Notes under the pieces: model-generated
What the model saw: the letters and a program-made list of their open reading frames with translations, nothing else
The model's database searches: none
What the model was told of the DNA's origin: nothing
Position numbers and translations under genes: made by a program
NCBI RefSeq assembly: GCF_009834535.1
Contig: NC_045717.1
Span: 16,864,001-16,928,000, forward strand
DNA length: 64,000 nucleotides
From: Camelus ferus
Lineage: Eukaryota
Direction of reading: 5' to 3'
In this document: positions 28,680 to 39,939 of the stretch, piece after piece
How the letters are laid out: each line of letters begins with the position of its first letter
Position numbering within the stretch: position 1 is the stretch's first letter

Positions 28680-29060
28680 TCCCATTTTTTTCTGTAGGGC
28701 TAACTCTATTCCTTCCCCTCTTAGCTAGTGAGCACATCTGGCCACTGTGAATGGCTCAGAGATGGGGACATGACTCAACACAGGCCAGTGAGGGGTAGCT
28801 CTGGGACTTCGAATAGTTCTGTTAGAGAAGAGTGACTCGTTAGAATCGCAGAGCTGGGAGGTTACAAGTCGAGAGCTACTAGGAGCCTCTTTGCCTCCAA
28901 GAGGGGAAAGACAGCCTGCCTGAAGTGATGCTCCCCCAGAAAACAGCAGATAAGACGTCAGAGCCCCTGGATCCAGCTATGCCTAACTTCCCTTTCCTAC
29001 TGAAGCCAGACTGAGTTGGGTTTTCTGTTACCTGAAACTGAAAATGGCTTGGTAAAGAGA
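28680..29060 (+). mobile_element. ERVL-type LTR fragment (LTR33/LTR16-like)
   Basis: 'cagagcccctggatccagctatgcct...gagttgggttttctgttacctg'. Confidence 0.55.
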
Positions 29061-29414
29061 GGAATAATAACTTCTAGGATTCTCCCCAGTGGGCGCTGGC
29101 TGCCGAGTGGGTGTCTGCACAAGGGAGGGGAGCAGATCTGAGTGCTACAAGTTCCTTTGAGAAAGACCAGGACGCCAGTGGAACAGTTCGCCTATCTGGG
29201 GCTGTCGGGGGTGGTCTCTGAGCGCCTTGCATCTCCCATAACTTCCAAGGAAAACAAGGCTTAGCTGTAGCAAGAGGGATGGAGGCTAGACTGCAGGAGA
29301 AACCAGAGCTGAAGGCGGAAACCCTAGGGCAGGCGAGGGACTGAATTTTTAGGGTAAGGGAAGCTAGGGCCTCTAGGAACGGATCCCGCGCGCTTTCACC
29401 ACCCAACTGCTCAC

Positions 29415-29910
29415 CGTAGACTGAGCCTCCCTCCAACTCGGCTGCCGAACCCCTAGGAAGCCGCCATCTTTAGCAGCCGGAAGTGGTGCGGCGCGGCCGC
29501 CACGCCCCCTGGGAAATGCAGTTCGACAGGCCGTAAGAGATGAATGGGACGAGGCTGGAGAGCCTTGGAACCTGATAGGCTGGGACTTTGCTAGAAGGCG
29601 GGGTTTGGATTGTGTCAGACTGGAGTGGAGTTAAGTGGGGCGGGATCTGGAATGTGATTGGCTAAAGTGAGATTAAGGCATAGCTTTTCTGTTTCAGGCC
29701 GATTCACACTGCGCTGGTCATCGCTTCTACCGTCTTAGGCTGGGGAACGGCTGAGTAGAGTGAGGCTTTTAATGGAATAGGCTCAGAAGAATGGAGAAGG
29801 CCTAGTCTGCCTTGTGACGGCCGGAGTGGGACTTAGTTGGGCGGGATTTAGAAGAGGCGGGGCTGATTGGTGATTGGTAGAGTCGACCAGGTTCCAAGGT
29901 CCCGCCCAGC
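29415..29910 (-). promoter_or_regulatory. BABAM1 non-coding exon 1 (about 29480-29415) and promoter, head-to-head with USHBP1
   Basis: Donor CG|GTGAGC at 29415/29414, YY1 AAGATGGCGGC 29470-29460, ETS CCGGAAGT 29477-29484, ZNF143-like AACTGCATTTCCCAG 29523-29509, several GC and CCAAT boxes out to about 29910. Confidence 0.75.
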
Positions 29911-30439
29911 TATTTAATTCTGCTCCTTCTTTTACATATATTTGCAAAAATTAAAAAATACTAAACCAGAACTCTTTCAAACCACCCTTCTTTCTTCATG
30001 CACACGTCTCCTTTCAGCCCCATAACCATTTAAAAACTGACCCTTAGCTTCTTTATTTGTAAAAGAGTCAATTAAGCCTACCCACATCAGGCAGGCTCAG
30101 GTTCGGTCACGGCCCGGAGGAGTTGTGTAAAATGAGCCTGGAAGGATGGAGAATTTGCTAGAAAAAACGAGAGGGGGAAGCTCATTCCTGGCAGAAGGAA
30201 CCACTGGGCAATGTTCTGGAGGCTTTGAAGAGCTTTGGAGTGGTGAAGCCTCTCACAGGTTAACATGGCTGGAGCACAAGCTAAGAGAATTTCCATGCCT
30301 CTGGGTACCTCAAAGTCAGAGAATTGCAATTTCTCTCTCTACTACCTCTGCGGACATAGAAGCGAGACGATATGGCTTCACAGGGTCTGTCTGTCAGTGG
30401 GACCAGGAAGATTCACGCCGGGCTCTACACTGTTTAAGC

Positions 30440-30960
30440 CAAGTGCAAAAGGAAGGAAAGGGTGTTTAGGGCAGAGGTTACAGCATGGCCAAAGGCCCCA
30501 GGGTGTGAGAGAAATGAGAACCTTCAGCTGTTCATTGAGGAAGTCATTGTGACTAGAGCATGGAGTACACATTGGTGCCAGCAGCAGGCATCATTTTTTT
30601 TTTTAACGACCTTGAATGCCAGGTTAAAGAGCTTAAAATGTTTCCCAAGGGCAATGGGGAGCCATGCAGGGTGTATGAGCAGGGGAGGTGAACAATGAGA
30701 TCTCTGCCTCTGAGGTCTGGGTGGGGCAGGGAGTGGAAGGGTGGCTGGGGAGCCCAGAGAGGGAGCTGGGCTGGCATCCAGGTTAGTGGGGAGAGGCTTG
30801 GGCTGGAACTATCAATAGAGACAAGGAGGAGGCCCTTTAGAGGAGGATGCAGGAAAAATGAGCAGGATGTAGGGACCATCTGGGCTCTGAGGAATCCAGC
30901 ATTGATGGAGGAGAAACAGCAGCTGGCAGAGGAAGCAGAGATGGGGCAGTCAGAGAGGTC
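30440..30960 (-). mobile_element. L2 LINE fragment
   Basis: 'gggcagaggttacagcatggccaaaggccc...gggcaatggggagccatgcagggtgtatgagcagggga'. Confidence 0.65.
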
Positions 30961-31927
30961 ATAGGGAACAAGAAGGGTGCATTATGATTCAGTTCCCGGA
31001 TTGGTGCCGGGCATGTGCAAATTGCTTGTTAAAACTCCATGACCCTGGGTAGGAAGATAAGAAAATTGAGGCTCATCATAGACCATCACTTGCTCAAGTT
31101 TACCAATCCCAAATCTATCTGTGACTGAAACAGAATGAGAACTCTGACCCTGACACTGAAGGTATGAGCAGAGAAAAGAAGTTCACAAGGGTGTCAGATG
31201 AAGAGCATCGGCCCAGGGGAACATTCTGGCTTTTGAGAAATAAAATCCAAGGGTCAGAGTTGGAGGAGCCATGGGGTTGCTTGGAAGCAGAGGTGAGGAG
31301 GGACTGACATCTCAAGAGCTGGACATGTGTCCTCCTGCTGGGGCTGGAGGAAGCCGCTGTCCTTGAAGAGGAAACTGCATGCACAATAACAAGTCACATG
31401 GCCAGGGGAGGGGGCTTCCTGTTTCCCGGCCCCTCCCAGGCTGGCCTTGGCCAGCCCAAGGCCTGAGCGGGCAGTGGCCAGAGTGACCCCAAGAGTGTCC
31501 AGGGACTCGGTCCTCTGACCAAGATGCCCCCAGAAGAACAGAGCAGTTGAATGCGCTGAGGGGACAAAACCCCAGGATTGGGAACTCTGGCTCAGGAGAG
31601 CCCTGGAGAGGAGAGGGGACTGTTAAACTCTTGGTCCCAGGCCCAGATAGGAGAGGGAGGGGAGCAAAGAGGTAGTGAAAAAATAAAGGAGGCAGAGGAG
31701 AAGGAAGCGGTCAGGGCAACCTTGAGAAGTAGTGAGCTGCCTGTCAAGGGAGGCATTCAAATGTGCCAAATCCACATTGATAATTCCGGATCCTTTTGGA
31801 GAAGGGAAATCAATGCCCATTTCACAGAAGAGGAAATTGAGGCTGTAATTTGCTTTAAGCTGAGATCAGGCTGTGGTTTTGGTGGGTGAGGAAGGAGAAG
31901 GAGTCAGAGGACACCGATTTCTGGATA

Positions 31928-34900
31928 ATGAGTGCCAGGGCCACAAGGCCCAGAAGCCGGCGAGGGAGGCACGCTCTGCCCGTAAGTGTCCCCTCTCCCT
32001 GCCACATCTAGCTCTGAGAGACCCCAGGACCCAGACCTGCCAGGCTCAGAGCTCAGTCCTAGGGATTATTTGCAGGGTGAGCTGGACCCTGTGGCAGAGA
32101 GTTCAGAGGAGGCTGAGGCAGCCAGCAGGAGCTCTGAGCTGGGCCCAGTGCCATCTCAGGATAGCTGCAAGCCAGAGTTGCTGGGCCCTGAGGCAGAGGC
32201 CAAAGGGCAGAGCCTGGAGAGCAGGTAAGGTCTGATTGGTCCATTTCCCCCACTACGGACCGGGCACATCTTTCCGACCTATAGATCTTTTATGACCCTC
32301 CCATGTGTCCCACTGCCCTAAGCCTGACTTTTAAGACCCTGCATAATGCAGTCCTATCCTCATTACAAAGCCCCTGGATGCCAGCCACCCCTAGATGACC
32401 CCATTTCCAGAACTTTCCATCTCTCACCTCTTCACAGGACTGACAAAGAAGTTGATGGGGACTCTAGCAGGGGACCAGCCCTAGTCCCCGAGGGGCCCCA
32501 TGAGCCTGTTGAGGAAGCCCACCAGGCCCCAGGGGCAGCCCCACGAGATGGGGAGACTCTCCTCTCTGGATTTGGAGCCCCCGATGTGTTTCAGACTCTC
32601 CAGCAGGCTCTGAGCTCCCTGGAGGCAGCCGCTGCTGCCTGGCGCCGCCGGCCCCCAAGCTGTCCTGGGCCAACGGAGGCAAAGGACAGAAGCGAGGGGG
32701 AACCGAGGCCCTGCTTGGAGAAGGAGGGGGCTGGGGGTTGCCAGCGGGAGGCAGCCCGGTTGGCTGAAAGGAATGCCTGGCTGCGTTTGGCCCTGGGCAG
32801 CCGGGAGGACGAGCTGAACCGCACACAGTCTTCACTGAAGGTCATTCAGGCTGAGAAGAAGATGCTGCAGAGAGAGGTGAGTGGTGCAGGCCTGCCTCCC
32901 AGGGATCCCTGAGTGAGGAAGGAGGCAGGCCTGGCATAGGACACATTCAATCATTTGTTCATTTGTAAAACTTTATGGAGCCTTGGCTGCTAAACCCCAA
33001 ACGAAGGTTCCTTGCAGCCTTAGTTAAAGTGATCAGGGAGGCCCACTTGAATGAAGACCACAGAAGGCAAGGGAGGAGCCATGCAAGGATCCGCAGGAAG
33101 AAAGTTCCAGGGAAAGGGAACAGCATGTGCAATGAATCTGAGGTTCGAGTGTGATTGGTGTGTTAAGAGAAGAGTGGGGAGGCCAGTGTGGAGCTGAGTG
33201 GGAGGAGACATGGTTATGGAGGTGACAGGGCCTTGTGGCCGCAGGGAGGATTTGAGCTTTTGCTCTGAGTGAAGTGGGAGCCACAGAGGGTTCTGAGCAA
33301 GCAAGGGTACAGACTTGATGCAAGCGCCCTCTGGTGGCTATGAAAGGAACAGCTAGTGGAGGAAAAGGGTGGAGGCACTGGTCCAGAGATGTAGTAGTGA
33401 AAGTTGTGGAGGTAGAGAGAAGTGGGCAGATTCTGGGTGATGTTGAAGGTAGAGCTGGCAGGTGTGGGTGTGGAAACTAGAGGGGGGCTGAAGATGAGTT
33501 GGGAACCTGGGAGACCGGGAGAAAGACATCGGGAAGCTGCGGGAGGGGCATGTTTGGTGAAGGGGAAACCAGAGCTCTTTGGACCCTGATGAGCTCGAGA
33601 TGCCCTGAGCCATCCACATTGGGGCCACTAAAGGGACAGTTCTATGTCTGAGTCCAGAGCTCAGGGATGTCAGGGTGAGAAGGACACAAGTGGTGAGACT
33701 TGGGGCTATAGGAGCCCAGCACAAGGATTGGGGCCCATTTCCTGGCCTGGAAAGATTAAGTCTTTTTTTTTTAAACACATCCCATACCCCATGCCTCTGG
33801 CAACCACCAATCTGTTCCCTGTATCTGTGAGTTCAATTTTTAAATTTTGTTTTATTTTAGACTCTATATATAAGTGATACTATATAGTATTTGTCTTTAT
33901 CTGGCTGATTTATTTCACTTAGCATAGNNNNNNNNNNNNNNNNNNNNNNNNNNNNNNNNNNNNNNNNNNNNNNNNNNNNNNNNNNNNNNNNNNNNNNNNN
34001 NNNNNNNNNNNNNNNNNNNNNNNNNNNNNNNNNNNNNNNNNNNNNNNNNNNNNNNNNNNNNCATCAAGGGACACTTGGTTGCTTCCATGTCTTGGCTATT
34101 GTAAATACTGCTGCAATGAACGTGGCAGTGCAGAAGTCTTTTCAAGTTAGTATTTTGGTTTCCTTCAGATAAATGGAATCTTTGGGATTCCCTGATGAAG
34201 CTAGAGCCCTTCCCTGCTCCCTCCTGTGACCAGGCACACTGCTCAGGCAGTGGTTCCAGAAATGGAATTGCTGGATCTTATGGTAGTTCTCTTTCTCATT
34301 TTTTGAGAAACCACCATACTGCTTTCTGTAGTGTCTGCACCCATTTACAATCCCACCAACAGTGCACGAGGGTTCACTTTTCTCCACACCCTCAATAACA
34401 CTTGTTACCTCTTGTCTTTTGGATGCTGACCATTCTAAGTGATGTAAGGTAGTATCTCATTGTGGTTTTGAGTTGTGTTTCCCTGATGATTAGTGATGTT
34501 GAGCATCTTTTCATGTACCTGTTGGCCATCTGTATGTTTAAGGAAAGAGAAATCTCTGAGTGGCTGAGTGACTTGCCCAAGGTTGTATGGTGAGGGATTT
34601 GGCAGGATGCATATCTCAGGGTCCAGCCTTCAAGCTGAGGCTCTTGCCACTGCCCCAGGATAAGTCCTAGGGAAAGATGGTTGGAGCCCCTAGACCCCAC
34701 ATTCCCCCACAGGTCCAGGAGCTTCAGGATTCCCTGATGAGGCTGGAGCCCTTCCCTTCTCCCTCCTGTGACCAAGCACGCGGCTCAGGCAGTGGTTCCA
34801 GCAGCTCTGGGGTGGACGGAGAGACCTGGGGCACTCAGGTGAGTGTGGAAAGCTAAAAACCCTGATCTTAAGATCCTTACGGTTTGGGGAAGTAAGACTC

Positions 34901-37900
34901 AAATCACTGATCATGTGATCCAATAGCTTCTGGGTCAGAAAAGGCCTACACCCATGATGCTGGGCTCTCAGTGACAATCTGGGTGAATCAGTTCGCCTCC
35001 TTCTGGCAGGATCCCTTCTCCCTGGCTCACCCCCTACTCCGGCGCCTCCAGAGTGATTCCAGCACCCAGATACTCGGGCCTCTCCCCACCCAGCCCCTTG
35101 CTCCTGAGATGCACATCATAGAAACCCAGATGGGGCAGCTCCGGGGGTAAGAGCCACAAATGCTGAGCTCATAAGGGCACTGGTGCCTCCCAGCTGGGAT
35201 AGAAAGGCAGGAGTCTGGAACTGGAGTGGGTTGGGGGTGGGGGAGGGTGGAAATCAATTGAGTCCTAACTGCCCTTCAAGGCCTCGCACACTCCCTCTTT
35301 CCCACCTCCGGAGGCAGGAACATTGAGAAGCTCAAATGCTTCAACCGTCTGCTGTCGGCTGTGCTCCAGGAATACAAGGGCCGATGTGAGGGCCTCAGCA
35401 TGCAGCTGGGCCAGCGGGAGGCTGAGGCCACTGCTCTGCGTCTGGCCTTGCAGTATAGGTCAGTGCACTTCGCCCATGATAATATCACTGACTGGGAAGC
35501 ATCCTCAGAGGATGGCCCCAGTCTGCAGAGGGAGACAGGGCCCTTGCAGGAAAGTGCTTTCCCTCACCATGGAAACTGACTTAAAGCAATTTTAGTCGAA
35601 AAGCACTGAAGGAGTTTACAAACACCCTGTGGTGGAGGTGAGGGGAGAAGTGAGGGGCCCTGGAACAAGTGGGGATGTCACCTCCCCAGCAAGATGGGTG
35701 TCCTGGAGTGCTCAGAACTGCTGTCCCACAGTGAACACTGTGAGGAGGCATATGGGGCCCTCCTCACTCTGCGGGAGGCAGACTCAAGAGCAGGAGAAGA
35801 TGCCTTCATGGGTGACTTGGAGGTGGCTGAGAAGGAAGCTCAGAGGCTGCTAGTGCAAGAGAAGGCTGCCATGGACGGAGGGACACTGCAGGATCCACAT
35901 CCAAGGTACCCCTGGGAACCCTGGGAACTGGGAGGGCCAGTGAGTGGGGCTCTGATTGGAGATTGGGCTCTCAGAACTGGTCCCATGTTAGGGGTTGGCA
36001 TGGCTCCTGTAGTTGGCATGAGGCCTGCTGGTGTTGGCTGGTTGCTACTCAACAAAATTGGCATGGTGGTGACAGCCATTGGGCTTGGTGTAAGATCCAG
36101 CAGGGTTGGCATGAAGATGGACAATGGTGCCCACTGATTAAGGGGGTTGGCATGATGCTGCCTAACAGTGTTGGCAAGTTGAGTGATGGTGCCCATTGGG
36201 TTGGCGTGATGGCACCCACCATGATGGCATAAGTGATGGTGTGCATTGGCATTATTCATCACTTTTGGGTGATGTTGCCCATTAGGGTTTACATTATGGT
36301 GCCCCCCATGTTGTTTTGACTGTGCCCACCATAGATGGCATAGGAAGGACGCATCATGGTCAATAAGACAGAAGAGGATGGAGCCCACCAGGTCTGGCAT
36401 GGAGGTAGCACAACCAGGCCTGCCCGTGTTGACATAGGCCCCTCTTCTGTTTCCCATAGCCCCGAGGGCAGCAGCGTGGATAGGCCCACACCACAGGAGG
36501 TAGCTGCCCAGCTCCAGGGCTATGTCCAGCGTCTCCAGGAGCGCCGTGCTCTAGTGAAGATTACCCCAGAGCCTGGTCCCCCATTGGCACCTATATCCAC
36601 TGTGCCCCATGCGGAAGCCATGGTGCAGGCCATTCTGGGGACCCAGCCTGGCCCAGCCCTGCCCCGGCTGGAGAAGATGCAGATCCAGCAGGACCTGGCG
36701 GCCACACGGGTACACATGGGCTGTGGTCAATGTGCCAGTCTTTCCTGGTGGGACCAAGCCATTTGTTGAGTCTGAGAGAGATGTGATTGCAGGACCAAAT
36801 GTAAGGGAGAGTTTTGCTTGTCTGCAGGCAAGCTTCCTGAAGGGAGGCAAATGGGAGCCATGGTTCTGAGGGATGAATAGGAATTTGTCCTCTGGAATTC
36901 AGTTTCTTGTAAGACTCCAAATCTGGCTTTCCAAAATGCCTCTCCTATGGAAAAGAGATAGGGGCAGGGCCATAATCTAGGGTATGTAGCCTGGCATGAA
37001 AGAGCTGAGGTTCTGAATTTGGAGAAACTCCAGACACTCCCCCTGAGCTGCTACTTGACCTTGTCTAAGATACTTGCTCTCTCTGAACTGCCATTTCTAC
37101 AGTTGTTGTTTTTATGAGAGAGTATTTCCCATCAAGCTAGATCATAGTGAGGGTTTGCATTCTTGCCTGACCAGCCCTCTGGGGGTGCTTCCTAGAGCCT
37201 CAGTTTCCCCAGCAGTTGACCCAAGAGGCACAAATTCTCTGCCCGCTTCTTAATCTCTCAGGAGACCCTGGCAGACCTGATGCTGCGGCTACAGCTGGTG
37301 CGGCGAGAAAAGCGGGCTCTGGAGCTGCGGGAGGCTGCCCTCCGAGCCCAGGGTCCAGCCCATGTGCTCCTGCTGGAGCAGCTGCAGTGGGAGAAGGCAC
37401 AGCTCCAGACTGGTGGGGCCAACAGCAGTGGCGGAGACAGCAGTGGAGGTGGGAGCAGTGGGGACGAGGAGGAATGGTCCCAGGTGAGTGGCTCTGCCTG
37501 GATCTGGTAGGGATAGCAGTATACTACTGGTGATGTGGTCCTGGTTAATCATAGCCTCCCTGGAGCCTCAGTTTCCATTTTTTTTTTGCACAAAGAACAG
37601 AGTTGAATGTTTAAGTTGCTTGTCAGAGTTCACGCCTGTACTTTGGGCTTTTCTTCCTTGAGGGGATTGAGCCCAGTAAGTCCCAAGGGATTTCATGTCT
37701 TCCACTCAAACCTGTGCCTCCTTCTTCCCACCCCCAGGCTTATTCATACTCCCCTCTCTCCCTTCAACAGCATTCATCCACACTTCATCTCTTCCCAAAT
37801 TTTGGCTCCAGCTTCCTCCCTGAGGCTCTCCTTTTTGCCACTTAGTGTCTAATAATATCTATACTCAGCTTAAAGCCTTAGCAGCTTCTGGAACCCTATT

Positions 37901-39052
37901 TTGAATCATCTCTTCTACCTAAGTCCTTGACATCCTGTAGGTCGAAGCTCAGATGTCACCTCTTCTGGGAAGTCCTCCTGGACTGCCTTAAAATGAGATC
38001 CTCTATTATTTACTTTCCTTTTTAGGGAGTAATTGTACCCCTATTGGGGTATCTCACCAGACTGGCAGCTCTGTGAGGGCAGGGGCTGTGGCTACTACAG
38101 TCCAGGTGATTTCAATGTCCAGCTTGGGCTGAGCACACACACAACCTAGATCAATGTCACTACCATCCCTTCTGCCTCCCACAGGGCCCTCCTGCTGTCC
38201 CTGGTGGCAGCAGGGGTACTGATGGAAGCCAAGGGGGAAAAGTGCAGGACCCAGGGGACCTGGCCCAGGAACTATCAGCGTCACTCACCCGGTATGTGTC
38301 AGAGTCCTGGGCTGGGAGATATGCAGCCTGGGTAAGGGGAATAGGTGAGAGCCTGCGGGTGTGTTTTATACAGTGGAGGGCTGGGTGTACACTTGTGTAC
38401 AGTTGCGTTCACATAGGAGCATCTTGGGCAGGTGGGTGAGAGGAGGGAATGAAGACAGGATTTGCTCTGCCTGTGAGCCCCTCTCCATCCCTGTACCAGG
38501 GCTCTGAGCCTGCGGGAGCAGCTGCAGTCCCTGCGGGAAGAACTAGAAGAGGTGGCTCAGAAGGGGCGAGCCAGACGTGCTCAGAGTACTGAACTGAACA
38601 GTGATTTATGCAGAGCTCACAGGTGGGTCCCCATGTAACCTCAGAAGAATCTCTGGCTCTCTCTGAGCCCCTGTGTGTGACAGGTTCAATACATTTCACA
38701 CCTCCCCTGTTGCCTGATGTGTATCAGCCCCTGCTGAGTGATGCTGGGATCCCAGGAAAACCCAATCTCAAAGAGCTCCCATCTGGGACTGGGAGTACAT
38801 AGGCCCTGTCTTGGGCAGAATGGAGGGTGGCTATTTTCTGGCTCAACCTCTTACCCACCCAGTGCCCTGGTCATGGCATTCCGAGGTGCCCACCGGAAGC
38901 AGGAAGAGCAACGGCGGAAGATGGAGCAGCAGGTGGCACTAATGGAAGCCCGACAGGCAGAGGAGCTGGCAGTGCTAGAAGCCACAGCAAGGGCCCTGGG
39001 GAGGCCCAGACTGCCCTGCCGACCTCCCCGGCCAGGGGAGACCTTTCTGTAG
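31928..39052 (+). CDS. USHBP1: Usher syndrome type-1C protein-binding protein 1 (MCC2), 703 aa
   Basis: Coding exons 31928-31981, 32076-32224, 32438-32876, 34713-34838, 35010-35146, 35318-35458, 35732-35905, 36460-36709, 37262-37483, 38185-38291, 38500-38622, 38863-39052 (2112 nt, in frame). Starts [15 protein letters not shown], coiled coils, C-terminal class I PDZ ligand ETFL*. Confidence 0.97.
33025..33720 (-). mobile_element. L2 LINE fragment in USHBP1 intron 4
   Basis: 'gttccagggaaagggaacagcatgtgcaa...gccacagagggttctgagcaag...gagatgccctgagccatccac'. Confidence 0.7.
33928..34061. other. Assembly gap (134 N)
   Basis: Run of N inside the L1. Confidence 1.
34185..34259 (+). repeat. 75-bp diverged duplicate of USHBP1 exon 5 (source 34727-34801)
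   Basis: Manual alignment gives 69/75 identity with no gaps. Confidence 0.95.
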
Positions 39053-39939
39053 GCCCTGCTCTGGCCGTGTCTGGACAAGCCAGATAGCTCTGGCAGGTCA
39101 TGTCATAAACTGTCCTGGAGTAATGTTATGTTATATGGCATGACTTTGCATGTTGAGATGTGTTCAGTGTGATGGGGGCTGGTGTGCCTGGGTGTCTGGG
39201 GCCTGATGGGGGCTAGCCAGGCATTTGAGAAAGACTTGGTATCTTTGGCCTGACACCATGTGGCATGTGAAGACATGTCAGCAGGGTCATGCTGGAAGTG
39301 CTTGGGCTGTGGGGACAGGATCCCCAGGGCTGGCTGGGGGAATTCAGGGTTCAGTGAGGTGACTAGCCAGAGCTGAAATTCCAGCCCTCATCTGTCTTCA
39401 GAAGCCCAGGGCAGAGTCCTCTGGGGTAGGGCACATCTTCCCTGCCCAGCACCTTCCCAGGGAGATGCTGGGTTTGGCATGGCAGATGCTCCCAAGAGGA
39501 AGATACCCATTACCCAGAAGGAAGACTGAGGCCTGAACGGTTCAGGGTGTGGAACATTAGCTGGAAGAGCATCACTCCCTCAGTGGAGGTGGGGGAGGAG
39601 GAATCAGAGGTGGCTTTGGAACTTGCATTCTAAGAATGTGGACTTAAGATAAAGGGCTCCTGGGTGGCGATCATAGCAAAGGGAAAAAAACCCAACAAGC
39701 AGGAACTCAGAGAGGTGCTAATGGTGGGCAAGGAGGCACGCTGCGGCCCTCGAGGGCCTGGATGGCCCCTGGCTAGGCTGAGAATTTGCTTTCACCTGCC
39801 AGAGATGGGAGCTACGGGAGGTGTTAATATCAGATTAACAGCAGGCAGCTGATTAGCATGTCATTTGCATATGCCACACCCCTCACCCTTCCACTCGGGT
39901 CTGGCAGGGTTGGAAAGGGGGGCTGGGCACGATCCAGTC

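Larger units (their letters stand above)
33762..34540 (-). mobile_element. L1 3' region, interrupted by a gap and by a captured USHBP1 exon fragment
   Basis: Poly-T head, 'ggcaaccaccaatctgttc', 'gctggatcttatggtagttct', 'cccaccaacagtgcacgagggttc', 'gatgttgagcatcttttcatgtacctgttggccatctgtatg'. Confidence 0.9.

Noticed and set aside
38292-38299. Other GTAT donors (USHBP1 GTATGT at 38292, USE1 GTATGA at 59897) as U12 introns
   Set aside because: They lack the ATCCTT extension, and no U12 branch box was seen; ordinary U2 donors.
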